Origin: Lama glama
Taxonomy: Eukaryota
Assembly: GCA_028534125.1 (NCBI GenBank)
Contig: CM052817.1
Span: forward strand, 60,142,001 to 60,206,000
DNA: 64,000 nucleotides
Direction: 5' to 3'
Shown here: piece after piece, positions 39,531 through 52,860 of the stretch
Layout: the number at the start of each line of letters is the position of its first letter
How positions within the stretch are numbered: the first letter of the stretch is position 1
Position numbers and translations under genes: made by a program
The notes under the pieces: model-generated
Database searches by the model: none
What the model was told of the DNA's origin: nothing
What the model saw: the letters and a program-made list of their open reading frames with translations, nothing else

Positions 39531-42287
39531 TTTTATATTTCCGATTCTATGCTTGTAAATAGATAATAGACAGGATGCTGATTATAGAAATAAAATGTTG
39601 CAGGGCTTAATTAGTCTGAAATGCCTATTAAAACTCTTCTTATAGTTATTATGCAAATAACAGTATTTTCTGAGTGTTGTTTTCTTAATAGGAAAAGAGT
39701 GCTTGGAACAACTCTGCCACTCAAATAATGAGACGGAGCGACAGAATTCACGTGTTGAAGTGTTTTGTGAAATAAGAGTTTTGATGTGATGTGCTAACAT
39801 GTGTAAGATAATAAGTAATTACCTTTTAAAAGTATTTTCAAAATGTTTTTGAGATAAAATTGGCGAGGTGATTTAAATAATGTGACTAGATAGTGTGCAA
39901 GGAATTAGTTTCATAAACATTTCTTGAAAATAGATGTTAGTATTATTTATATATTCGTCTCTTAGAAAGTCCATGTGTCTATTATATTTTCAGTTTTCAT
40001 GATGTGCTAGTAATATTCTTAAGACACATTATTTAGTAAGGATTAGTGCCAACAGGGGCAGGTGATGGCTCAGGAATAATCCTTAAGAAGTGCCCAGATT
40101 CAGTTATTCTTACTTAAATGATTTAGTTTGGACATATTGGGTACGATAGAGTTTTATATTAGAAGCAAGGTGAGATTTTTCATCTTTAGTTCTACTCTTG
40201 AAATAGTCTGCCAGATTGATGGAACCTCATTTAGGGCTCATCAGAAACCGTGAACACTGCAATATGGTTTGATTATAGTGCTAAATACCAAGCAACACAG
40301 ACAAGAATACCATTTAGCCAGGTGTCGTTTATGCATACTGTGAATAAAAAATATTTTATTCAGAATTTAAGAGATTTTGTTTTTCACAGAAAGCAAGTAT
40401 ATGGGTCTTAGACAGAAAAAAAAGTTAAAAATATGTAATTATAAATGATTTTAGTAAAAAAATGTGTTTTTAATTAAAGAGACATTAGCAATAATTCCCT
40501 TCAGGCAATACTGTATAGTCAGTGGCCCTCCTGTTTTCTTATTTCAAAAGCCCAGAGCTTTACTAGGAGACTTAAGTTAAGAAAAAAAGCTTTGTTAAAT
40601 GAAAATAAGTTATTTCATTGAGGTGAGGCTTTTGCGAGCCTTCACCGTGCTGATAAACCTGTGTAGGGATTACCAAGAAAGAAATCATTCGACCAGAGAA
40701 CATTTAAATTTGAAATATCTGACCTACTATTATTTGGACAGAATACCTAGGAGTCACTACTCCATGGATTACTACTTCCATTTTACAGTTGTCTCATGTC
40801 TTCACTCCTGTGCTATATTTTAAGTGAGTAAGTGTGTATATGATCACTGTAACGAGCAGTATAAATCTTTGGTATTGTTATGATGGCTGTGTTTTGTTTT
40901 TTGGGTTTTTTTCTTTTTTCTTTTTTTTTTTTAACTCTTTTCATTATCACTGTTGCTGGTTCCTTGTGCTGTTTCCCATCCTGGAGGTCTAAACTCTCCT
41001 GAGTGGTGGTGAAGGAAAATGTCCAGCCACACAGGGTCTGGACCCTAAGAGCAAGTTTCCTCCTTTCCCCACATTAGGGTATCTGATTTCTGGAGTTTCT
41101 ACAGACCTATGTGTCTGATGCATAGCACAAGCAAGACAATAGAGATTTGCATGTCTGTTTGTTTACTTTTTGCTTATTCTGGATTGATGAAAGATGGCAG
41201 AGGAAGCAGCAGATCAGAGTTCTCTTGAGAGTTCAGTTTCTAACACATGTGCACGGAAGTCATGCTCTTCTTCTTCATTACGTCATTCATTTTCAGTGGA
41301 GCAATCCCCTCTCCTCTCTTCAAAACATCTCCGTAGTTTGAATCTACTAGATTCTGATGGAGTCCACCTCAAATTGCATGATGGTTTTCTTATTACAGTG
41401 TCATCGTGAGGCAGGGGTTCTGAGGCTAAGGCCACTGTGAGTGAGGTACAGGCAGTGAGTTTTGGGTAAAGATCTGTAACTCTGCTTTGGATTTCTCCTG
41501 TGTTTTTTGGCTACTCTTAATTTTGAAGTAAAGAAAATGTTGAATACGCCTTTCTGAAGTGTTCCTTGCTTTATTTTCTCTTTTTTTTTTCCCCTAAAAT
41601 CTGACTTTGTCCTTAAGAGCTGGGTGACCTAGTCATTTTCAAATTTTCTAACTTACCGTCTTTATTCCATTCTGTCCTCCTATAGACCTTGTTTTCCTAT
41701 TGATCAGTACTTCCCATATGATACACATAGTATATCTATCCATCTATTTCCCAGTGCTTAACATGAAGAATAGTACATAGTAGACCCTTTAATACATGTT
41801 GGTATAATGTTGGTTTATACATGTTGGTTGATAAAACTTTTTTTACAAGTCAGTCCTAACCCGCTGTACAGAATGTGACTGAATGAGTGTAGTGTAAGTA
41901 TTGACTGATATGTTTCAAGCATAGTAACCTAATCCATCTTAGGATGAGCTTATAGTCTTTGCAAACCCCAATTTCTGATGCTCAAGTTTTAAAGAGCTGA
42001 AATGTAATTTGAAAAATGAAACAAAATAAAAGGCATACTGAATTTTTTTAAACTATTAGCTTTGTGGAAAAAAATAATGCCTAGCTCTCATTTTTTATGT
42101 TACTACAAAGTTATGTATGTTCATAAATGTTAAATAGAAGAGTCTTCCAAATTTTACTTTTGTTTTATTTCACTTTTATCTAAAGGACAGAGAGGGGTGT
42201 ATATGTTGTAAGATTCTGTAAGAGATGTTCTGTGCATTTCAGCCTTTGCATTTCAAGTCTCCATTATATGCTCTGTCTAGGTTGTAG

Positions 42288-42945
42288 TGTTGCTGATAGG
42301 TGCAACCGGTGTTCCAGGTTCTTGTCCCGTCCCAGAGAGAATTCAGAGACAAGACTTTGAGGTTAAAAAGGTAGAGTGAGCATTTATTAAAGGATGGATA
42401 GTACACTCTCAGGGGAGAGCGGGCAGGCTCAGGTGAGCGGCTGCCCTGAGTTTCTTTGGCAAGTTAGCTACATAGGGTGTAAAAATGGATGGGCGAAATA
42501 GTCATTGGGGAGGGAAGGGTTTGGGGTCGTATTCCCTGATTATCATCCCAACTCCACCTTCCCAAAGAGAGGAAGGGATTTTTGTCCTTATTTAGTCTGG
42601 ATCGGAAGTGTCATGACGTCAGTGCATGATGGGTACTTCTGATCTGCAAGGCTAATTTTATTGAAATGAGGGCATAATGAGCAAAAGGTTACATTCGCAC
42701 ACTAGGAATTCCTGCCTTTTCTCACCTTTCTTTGTTCTTCTCCAGGCCACTTGTCATCCCTAAAGGCATGATCCCTTATCAGCCCCAAGGTTCCTGCTTT
42801 TCTTTCTCTGCCCAAGGATCCCTGCTGCTTACATGATGTGTGGTTTCCTGCATTTGGCCTGTGTCCCTCCTTTCTGCCCAATTCCTGCCATTTGGTTGCG
42901 CCCCCCCTTTCTCTGCTCATATCTAGCTATCTGCCTGCTCTAACA
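42288..42945 (-). mobile_element. Relatively young ERV1-type solo LTR
   Basis: TG...CA termini (tgttgctg... / ...ctaaca), flanks gtag and ttag, a minus-strand AATAAA (tttatt at about 42383), and a GC-richer composition with many intact CpGs. Confidence 0.85.
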
Positions 42946-44534
42946 TTAGCATCTCCACTGTCTCTGCTTTTAAAAATCCTCTTACATGACAGCAGAGAGA
43001 AAAAATGAATATAAGAGCTCTGAGAAATAACTTGTTCACCCTGCTCTTATGTATGGCTCCAATGCTATGGAGGTGAGTTGGGTATAAGAACATTCCCTTC
43101 AAAGAAATTCTGTCATTTTAAAAGACAGTTTGTATGTGTTTGCATCTGTGGATTTATGGCATTTTTAGGATCTTAAGTACATCTCTACTTTTTACTAGTC
43201 ATAAAAAAGATTTACATTTCTTAACATTTATTCTTATCTAAGGTTCTTATGTTGATTTTAGTCACTGTTATATATGTTAAAAATAGGAAATAGCAAAGTG
43301 TAAATAAGTAGTTTTAAATATACAGAATATATTGTCTTATTTATACCCTAATTGAGGTTTAGTTTGAAGTAAATTTTTTTATAAAAATTACAGTCCTAGA
43401 AAAATATAGGAAAGGTGTTTTACTGCTATATATAACTAAACTTTATGATACTCAAACAATCTATGTAATACCTGTAGTTTAAAACTGCCATTTTTTCAAA
43501 TTATTGACTCAAGAACACATATTGATTGTATTATTAGAGATGCAACATCCTACGGTAGAAAGAGGAATTGAGATCGGGGCAGGAGGTGTAGACTTACTGA
43601 ATTGAGGATCTAGTAAGAAAATAGATTTTCATTGAATTATTTGGCTCTTCTTGAAGTTTATGATCTTTTGGGTTTGGCTATCCAAATAAGGCTGATGCTC
43701 AAATAGACATTTTTGCTGACAATCATGTATGCTAACATTAATTTGCTTAGAAGTATAATTAAGGATGAGTATATGATACTGCCAGTGATACATGGTGATA
43801 TTCCTGGAGGGGGGAACAGCTAAATCACTAAACCTCTCTTTCAGTAGATAAATGTTTAATTTTAGACACCGTTCAATCATTTGTATTATTCCAAATACAT
43901 GGAAATAATGTAAAAAAATAGAATGCATATAGTTAGTATAATAGAACTAACTTTAAAATACAGTATTTTTATTTGATGATGGTTTGATGAACTACTTTCA
44001 TTTGAATTTTAAGCTTCAAACATTTTTATAACAATCATTTTGTACCTTTTATCTAGCTTCTGCCAGCCATACAGTAGTGCATATGTCAGTTATTTTTAAT
44101 GCAAAGAAATAAACATTTCTTACTTACCAGGTTACTTGGAGGAAAAACAATGAAAATTCACGTTCTGTGATATATATTATCTGTATATATGCTGAGACAT
44201 ATATTTTAAGGATCAATTTTATTGTATTTTATTGTATTTTGAAAATGCTGATTTTTTTTCTTCTTTCTCTACCTTAGCCTTTTGTTTGTTACCACTTTTT
44301 AGCATATTAATGCAGTGCAGGCAAGCCAACACGTTTGTAGATGGCCTGAACAGATTCTTCATCACTCCCTTGGGGAAACTATATTGCTGATCTCACTGAA
44401 ATAAACTTTTAGATGTAGAAAAGGTTTCTAGAGAAAGTCATTTTGACCATTTAAGTGGTAAACTTACCACTTCTGTGTATGCAAACCTCAGCAAATTTGT
44501 TCCCCATCATACAGAAGCAGAAATAATTAATAGT

Positions 44535-44660
44535 ATTGAACATTCCTTTTCAATTCTAAAAAATGTGTGAGCACCTATTACGTTCCAGGAACTGTATTAG
44601 ACATTAATGATACAGAATGAGTAAGAAATTAGACATGATCTCCAGACTCAAATAGCAGAC
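44535..44660 (-). mobile_element. L2 3' fragment
   Basis: tgagcacctattacgttccaggaactgtattagacatt...agacatgatctccagactca. Confidence 0.65.
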
Positions 44661-46224
44661 TAAGCAAAGCACAGAGAAAAGTCCTGAGTGAACCACAGGA
44701 CTGTTTAATCTGTTATCTGCAAGAGATATGTGAAGTGTTTTGGAAAAGAAAGGGAGAAGTGCCATCTTTTTCACTGGTGTCTGGCTGTCATCCGGGCTGA
44801 ACAGCAAAAAAAATGTTTACGTTAGTAAATGTGCTAGATGAAAACAGCCTATTCTCTATTTCAATAAGCTGGTACATAGAAAGGAAGGATGTAAAATTTT
44901 CCTAAAGTAGATTCAGTGTAAGCTGCAATTTTTACAGCCCAAATCTGGGACAGACATGTGTATCTGAAAAGAGATTGCTACATAAGAGTCATAATTATCA
45001 AGGGTGCAGAGTACAGAGCCCACTTCTTAAGTCATGCTGGCAGACAGAGTGATTTTCAGGGCAGTTCTGTCCTGCCTTTTGAATATTATATTAAAATATC
45101 TGAGGATTCTCCTTATTTTGCCTTTCAAACTATAACCCTCACATTATGTTTTGCATGCCAAAGTAGCAACATGCACATACACACACATTTTGTTTATATT
45201 TGATTAAAATAACATAATCATATCTGTTTCATGTTGGTTGAAAGACTTAGTGAGTTTGTTTAAAAAAGTAAATCACATTGTTTTAAGATAGATTCTTCTC
45301 TTTAAAAATTGTTCTTTAAGGTATGTTTTACTTATTACATTAGAAACTCATTATGCAAGCTATCTGACTATGTTGTAATGAGAAATGTATTTTCTCTAAA
45401 AATGTGGCAGCTCATTCTCCATTCACAGTGCTGGTTAGAAATGCTAGGTCACAAATATTACATATCACATTCATTCCTACAGTCAGATTGCCAACTCATG
45501 CCCCTGAAACTAGGGAAATGAATAAGAAAGACACAAAAATGTTTTTTAAAATGATTAATAAGAAAGCCATTTTTGAGCAGCTACCATGTTTTAAGTTCTA
45601 ACATCCCTTAATCAAGAAATTTGAACATAAGGACTTGAGAAATGACCTGTTCTTTTACTATAAAAACAACAGATTATTACAGATTTGTTAAATTGTTGAA
45701 TTGACAGATTAAAGTAATTCAGTTTGTTAAAGAGAACAACAATTTACTAGCTGATATAAACTATTTAGCATGAGGTAAAATAGTATCTACAGCATTTCAT
45801 TTAGAGCAGACAAGAAATATGAATTCTGAAGGAAGAAAATATGACAGAAACATATTTCTACTATTGTCTGATAAAGACATATTAATTAAAAGTGTCAATA
45901 TAGTTTGAAAATAATGAAGGACACCACATAATTAAACATGGATGTGTTTTCCATCTTGCAGTTTCAACTACTTTTATTAAAAATAAAGTTACAGTGTGAA
46001 TCCTATGTCACAGTAAATTCTGAATGTAGACCCCTTTTTGAGTTTGGTCCAAATATTATTCATTTCTATACTCCATAGAGTTTAAAGCAGTGACTAGCAG
46101 AAGTGAAGACTCGGTGATTGGAAATAAATACATTGTTGGATGCATAAATAAAGTTGACCATCTCCTTCTTGTTCACTTCCTCAGTACTCTTTTTTTCTAT
46201 ATGTGTTGGAATTTAACCTTTCAA

Positions 46225-46400
46225 TCAAGGAGCACTGTGGCAAGTTTGAAGGCGATCCGAATTGACAGAAGTACAGAGCGTATGTGTTAGCTCTGAGTGT
46301 TTGTAGCTATTAATCCATTCGACAAATCACTGAACTTCCCTCAGCCTATTTCTTTACTTGGAAAATGAAGGAGTTTGAATAGAAGGACCCTCAAATTATG
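46225..46400 (+). mobile_element. MIR
   Basis: gacaaatcactgaacttccctcagcctatttctttacttggaaaatgaaggagtttgaatag. Confidence 0.6.
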
Positions 46401-47359
46401 CTGCTTTGATGTTGTAAGAGTGTATTACTGAGTATATTCTCTGACTGTTGTAAGAGTATATACTATACCTTTTCTTAATCTTTAGAGTTAAACAAATTCC
46501 AGCTTTATGCTTCTCTTGGGTATAGAGAGATAATTCATTATTACTGTTTAAAAGATTTTCTACTGTGCCACATCTGGCACAGGTGAAAGAAATTAAGTCA
46601 GAGAGCAGTAGCACTATAAGGCTTCATCACCTACTCTGCTTAATTATAGAAGTCAGAACTTGAAAATGAGATTTATGAAGATAAGTTGAAATGCAGATAA
46701 TATGTTTCAGGATAATGTAGGGTTGATTATGTGTTATTTTGGAATCTTAAGTTTTTAAGTTCTGCATAAGTGAAAAAGGGTAGTATCATAAATCTAAAAG
46801 GGAAAATGGATCCTCCAGTCTCTAGGCCAATGAGTTTGATGTTGATCCTATTAAAATTCAAAATAAGATGATTAATTACCTAAAATGTGTACACTTGAGA
46901 AAATAAATAACTAGAGCTAACATGAGCTTTTAAAAGAACTAATACCAGTTCAAGGGGCTGCATAAAAATAATGGATTTTAATTCATAAAAGGTATTTAAC
47001 AAAGGCACATTTTCTTTTCCACCTGGTAGAGAAATACTGACTAAAGTACATTCATAGGTCATTGATCAGACCTACCCGAACAGTGCCAGTTAATACATTG
47101 ATACAAATCTAGAAGGAGGGTCTCCTTTACTATGTGTGATAGTTTTTAAAAAATAGTTTTTAAATGATTGAATTTCTATTTATTTATTAATTTCTGGCTG
47201 GATATAATATTTTCAAGTTTCTAGATGATGACTTACTACTTGAATTTATGTAAAATGTTTAGTATTATGTTGACAGACCAGAAGGACACACTAAACTAAG
47301 TACGATTAAATTTTATAAGGCCGAGAGTTTTACATTTGGCTTTTAACTTTAGGAAATAA

Positions 47360-48480
47360 ACTATGTAAGAACAGGATGCCGAGGAACCTGGCTTGATAAT
47401 ATTTCAAGTGAAGAATATCAAATTGGTTAGAATATCTTGGGCTTCATTAATAGAGGTGTAGATTTTAGACCAAAACAAGTAAAATTCTTGTCCTAAACTA
47501 TGTTGCTCAGACTTCGTGCTAAGCATTAATTATAGAGAACATGTTCAGTAGAGCAGTTGTTTAACTGAAATTAATCTGGTAAAGTAATTAGATTGTTGGA
47601 AGTTCTCAAAACCATGAGGAGTGGACCATGGTTGTTTTTAGTATCCAAAATTAGTCAACTTTCTTTTGTTTACCATAATTCTGTTTTTCTCCTGGGAATC
47701 AAGACTCCCTCCACTCTCGGTCCTTACTATTAGGGTGACTTTAACTCTATAATCTGCTCTGGGGAAAGGTCAGGGATAATATTTGAAATAAAATTAAGGT
47801 CAGCACAGATGCATTCTGCAGCTGTAATTGTTGTTTATGGCCAGTGTCTGTTCTGATTGATGGGTGGTAATGTTCATTCTGATTAGTTTCTACATGTATA
47901 TCCCACACTTAAGTTAATCTGCTCACCCTGCCCATGGTGATTAACTTAATGATTAATGAGATTTAGGCTGAGGTTATTTTCTCTTTTCCACTCGACTCAG
48001 AGTTGTAAAAACCTGAGTGTGGAACTGTCTTAACATTAAAATGGGAAAATCTGTGAAGCCAATATGGGGTGGGTGAGAAAAGTTTTGAAGATGGCAACAC
48101 AAAATTCTGATGACATAATTTGAGCCCTTGGATCATATGAAACCTGAACTAGATCTACTTTGGTACCTGGGTCAAAAAACTAGTCAAGTTTTGTGTAAGC
48201 CAGAATGAAAAGAGTCCTAACTGATTTATCATGTAGGAAACAAACACACAAAATGAAACCTGAAGATGTTTACCTTATTTAGAGAGAAAGTGAAAAAGTT
48301 ATTCATATATAATTGTTCTCTTGTCATATGTCTGTTCATTATTTGGGGAGTATCAAAGTGTACACATATATAGAAGTTCCAGGTAGACAGATCTGTCATC
48401 AATGAAAGGAAGATATATCTTTACAACTTGAGTTATCCAGTAGTGAAATAAGCTGTTGTCTGTGGTAATAAGTACTAAAA
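47360..48480 (+). mobile_element. L3/CR1 fragments split by a MaLR LTR
   Basis: atcttgggcttcattaatagaggtgtag...gttgctcagac (about 47430-47515) and tagaagttccaggtagacagat...aaggaaga...gagttatccagtagtgaaataagctg (about 48370-48460) resemble L3. Confidence 0.55.
47625..48227 (+). mobile_element. Old MaLR LTR (MLT1J/K-like)
   Basis: gatgacataatttgagcccttggatc...gtaagccagaatgaaaagagtcctaactgatt is a typical old-MLT1 3' end. Confidence 0.65.
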
Positions 48481-48549
48481 TAGAGTCTGGATTATAAAGA
48501 ATATTATATTGTGCTAAAGGATCCACCAACTGTTACTAAAATCCTTAAC

Positions 48550-48750
48550 ATTTATTGAATAATTACCATGCTGGACATATGTATTAGGCACATTATATAT
48601 ATTGCCTGGAAAGTCAGTACTGTAACTAAGTGAAGAAACCAGAGAGCAATGAGGTTGAATAACTTGCACAAGGAAGGAAAGCTAGGAAGTAGCAGTGATG
48701 GGAAGAAACCCAATGTATCTGACTGACTAAAACTTTGCTCTCTCTCCACC
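48550..48750 (-). mobile_element. MIR
   Basis: aacatttattgaataattaccatgctggac...gaagaaaccagagagcaatgaggttgaataacttgcacaagg...aacccaatgtatctgact. Confidence 0.7.
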
Positions 48751-49589
48751 TAACATTCTAACAGTACCTGGATTTTTATGGATTCAAAGCAATTATAAAA
48801 TCGTGTATTTTGCAAATACTTTAGCAATGGCTTACATAAAAAGAAAAATGTACTAATGTAGTTTTTAAATGATTTATGGACAATAAGGTTTTATAGAAAC
48901 TCTAAAAATACACTAAAAGCACTTTAGTATGTAAATTCCATGATGACTAAAAGGTGCCATACCTATGTTAATGTAATTGAACCGTTATGCTTATATAACT
49001 CCATAAACACTGAAGAAAAAAATCAAAACACATTTACTTATAAAACTGTAAAAGCAAATATGTTATAATTTCTGAGAAAGCCTAACAGAGCTCCCAGGAA
49101 ATATGTATTCAAGGGCTGAATAGCCACTCTACCAAGAGTTGTATTCAACACTAATTTTTTTAAGAATTAAGAAATTGAGGATACTTAGAAAAAAAAACTT
49201 ACTGGTGTAAATACATAAGGTCCTGACGGAAAGTGTACAAAGGAATTTTAGGTGATAATTACATTGCTAATTTATTGCCTCTCACCATATCTCTGAAATT
49301 AAATAAAATATCATTGCAGGGTCACTCAAAATGTTTTACTAGTGCAGGTAATCTGATGTTTTACTAGTGCAGGTCATCTGATAGCATGATTATATAAACA
49401 TCATTATAAGACCTCTATTGTTTGAAGCCACTTCATTTTATACACACTACACATTATAGGCCTGATATAGTCAAGAAAGCACTTTGCCTGATATAACTGC
49501 TAAGTTGAATTCATTATCATTATAATAATGCCCTAGTTGTTTAAAAGCAGAAGTTTAAAAGCAGATTCATTATGTGGTTTACTTGATCC

Positions 49590-49745
49590 AATGTTGTGGT
49601 CAGACAGACCCACCTTTTAAATATGTCCCTGCTGTCTGCTGGGTGAATTTCTTAACCTTTGCAAGTTCTCTCTTTTCTCATCTGATAATGAGGGTGCTAA
49701 TGTTTACCTATTTCAGAGATTATTACTGGAATTAAATAATATAAT
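49590..49745 (+). mobile_element. MIR
   Basis: gggtgaatttcttaacctttgc...tctcatctgataatgagggtgctaatgtttacctatttcagag. Confidence 0.6.
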
Positions 49746-52239
49746 CTTAAACTGCTCTGCCTGCCTAGAAAGGTGTTGGATGGGCAATACTGATCTTCCC
49801 TGTTTTTTCCCTCCAGACCTGCCCCTTGCTTCCCTAACTTCCCTTCAGTAATCTCAAAATTACTTTGAGAAAACAGCTATCTCCTTAATACAAGTCAGAC
49901 TTTAGGCCTGTGTTTTGGTGTATCACTTATTCTCAATCATAGGGATGGTATATTTCTGGGAACAGGGCAGAGGTTACTTAGTGAAGAAATTTAGAATGAA
50001 TGAAAGTCCATTTTTAAATTAAACTCTAGTTCTTATTTTTATCATCCCCCTTTCAGAATCTTTTTGTGCTCTTTCCAGAGGAATCATATTACCTGGGTGC
50101 CATAGCTTTTCTTAGTTGAATTGCAGAATAGTTATTTTATGCACAGTCTTCCACTGCTACATTTGAACTGGAAGCATTCGGTCTTCCCTAGTTTGGAGAA
50201 GTCACTCAAGTGCATAACTACACAGGAAACATATTATTTCCTAGGCATAGGGAGCCTTGGAACTGTTGCTGGAATACAAAGGGAAAAGGAAATTAAATCA
50301 AATCTCATTAGCTCAGGCCTCAAATGTTTTGTAAACAGATAGCAGCTTCCTTGAAATGGGAAACTGAGGAAAAGGCCACAAAGAAATTAAATGAATATTC
50401 TCCTAAGATCACATAGACATAAAGTGAAACAATCATGACAGGACCTGGGAAGATTTAGAATGCCAAAGTTTTGGCTAAGAAAGCATAAGTACTTTCTCAG
50501 TTTAGCAAGAGTTTTACAAGTACAGAGATACATTTTCTCTTAATTTTGGTATCTACTGCATCTAAAATTTTTGCAGGTTAGGAGAATAAAATCTATAGGT
50601 CATATATATCAAAGCAAAAAAATAATTCAAGTCCACATATTTGTTTTTCATGTTTTCCTTATTACCCATTGATTATATATGTTGAGTACACATGGGATGA
50701 ATCAGTGCCCTGGTGACATAAAAAAAAATCAAATCAGCAATAAATAAAAAGATGCATATCCATCCTCCCTTCCTCATACCCAACAAAATGAGAACATAGA
50801 TGTTTAATTCCTAAAAATATTAAATTATAAGTAAAAAAGGAATAAAGTTACACATATTTTATTTTTTTAACCAGGTGTGGGATCTAGGTATGTTACAGAC
50901 TTGAAACAGAAAACACTGTTTTTTCAATGTTCTCTAAAAGCAGGAAACCATGAAATACGATTTCATTTTGCTCTAATGACAGTAGAAGATATTACATGTT
51001 ACCAACAAACATACACTGTATATGCTTGTGCCTTCAAAGTCTATTTTTTGTTAGTGTAAAACCTTGAGCTGTTAAATGTAGCATAAATTTGTGAAATTCC
51101 ACTGCTCTGTAGCAGGGGGAAAAATTGTTTTAATTGAGTGATTGTAGAGGGAGAGAAAAAGGAGAGAGCTTTGAAAAGTTTGGGTAGTTCAGATAAGAAA
51201 AATTCTAGATGCTTCAGCAAAATTGCCAACCCTCTGAGATTCAGCTTTGACTGTTATTACTAATGTAATGCTTTCAGTGTATGGCAAATTAGATCTTGAA
51301 CACATTATGGGCCAAATACTATCCTTTTATACTCACGTGTAACCCTTAACAGGTTTCAATGGGAGATGCACATGGTTACTTGAAAGCTGCTTTCCCATTA
51401 TATTTCTAACCTAAATCTGATACAGTGAAGGCAATGGGAAGAAATACGTGTGAAAAATTTAATAGTAATAATCTATTTAATTTGTGTAGCACTTTGCCAA
51501 TTACAAAGACTTACACCACATATCATTTCATTATGTCTGTATGAGATACATTCAATTATACATATAAAAAGTGTCTTCAAAATCAAAATTTAATATCAGA
51601 GTTTCAGATAAAAATGATTGCTTAGATTTATGTGTAACACAGCAGCATGTTAGAAAACTCAAGTTGTAAATTCAATTATGTTAAATGTCTAACATGCTAA
51701 TAATAACAGGAGTAATTCTCTATAAAATCTATAGACACTGTCATAATTGTAAATTACTTTTTAATTTACATTTTTTCACATTTATAAACCCATTTTTTTG
51801 CTTATTTGTAGCTTTCCTTTTTAGATTTAATTAGTTCAGTTTAGTTTTGTTTTCATTTCCTGGTTTATTATCTTGGAAAGTATTCAACAGGATACAAGCT
51901 TCCAACAAGGGATATTCTGAGGCAGTATCCTGAGTCATTGTCATGGGTGCTTGAATTCCTGAGAACTAACAGTCTTGAGCTTTTTCTACCATGCAAGCTA
52001 GGTTAACACTCATGCTTTCTAGCTACTAAGTAGGACTCCAGGTTTCCTAGGCCTCTATAAGGATGCATTTACTGATTTAATAGTTAAGAGTTCACTACAT
52101 GTTTGGTATTTTGCTTTATTCATTTTATAAAGGGCAGATACTGTGATCTTTAAATAAAAAAACAAACAACAAAGGGGAAAATAGAGTTGGATGCTATTGT
52201 GCGAAATTTAAGCCATCAGTAGAGTATTTGGAAAGGGGA

Positions 52240-52860
52240 TTTCACTCATTCTTCTACTCAGCAAAATATTTATTGAACTCATACTATTGTGTCTGAGATG
52301 GTGCTAGGGGCTGGGAGTATAAAAGTGAAAAACAACAATAACAAGAAGACAAAACCAAGAATGACCCCTGCCTTTTAGGTAGAGAGAGTGGTAATCATGA
52401 AATATAATGGATAGGTAAACTTTATAGCCTGTTGGAAGATGGTAAACACCACAGAGAAAGAAGAACAGGGTCAGACAGGTCAGGAACATGTGGGGAAGGG
52501 GATTGCAGCTATTCCTAGTTAAGTAGCTTTATTTAAAGGAAAATTTGAAGGAAGTGGGGAAATTATTCAAAAAGCTATCTGGGAGAAGTGTGTTTTCAAT
52601 ATTAGGTTCAAGGGACCTACATTTGGGGCTATACCTGATGACTTTCAGGACCAGCTAAAGCTCATGTGGTTGGGGAGGAGTAAACTGGGAAGAATATAGA
52701 ACAAAGTGAAGTCATAAAGAGAAGGGTGGAAATGGGATTATAGGTCATTGGCAACTTTAATTTAGCTTTGGATGGAAAGATCTAATGGGTTTTGAGCAGA
52801 AGAGTGACACAGAACGACTTATTTTAACAGGATCACTCTGGTTGCTCTGTAGAGATTAGG
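52240..52860 (-). mobile_element. L2a fragment
   Basis: ctcagcaaaatatttattgaactcatact...gctaggggctggg and gggttttgagcagaagagtgacac...ttttaacaggatcactctggttgct. Confidence 0.8.
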
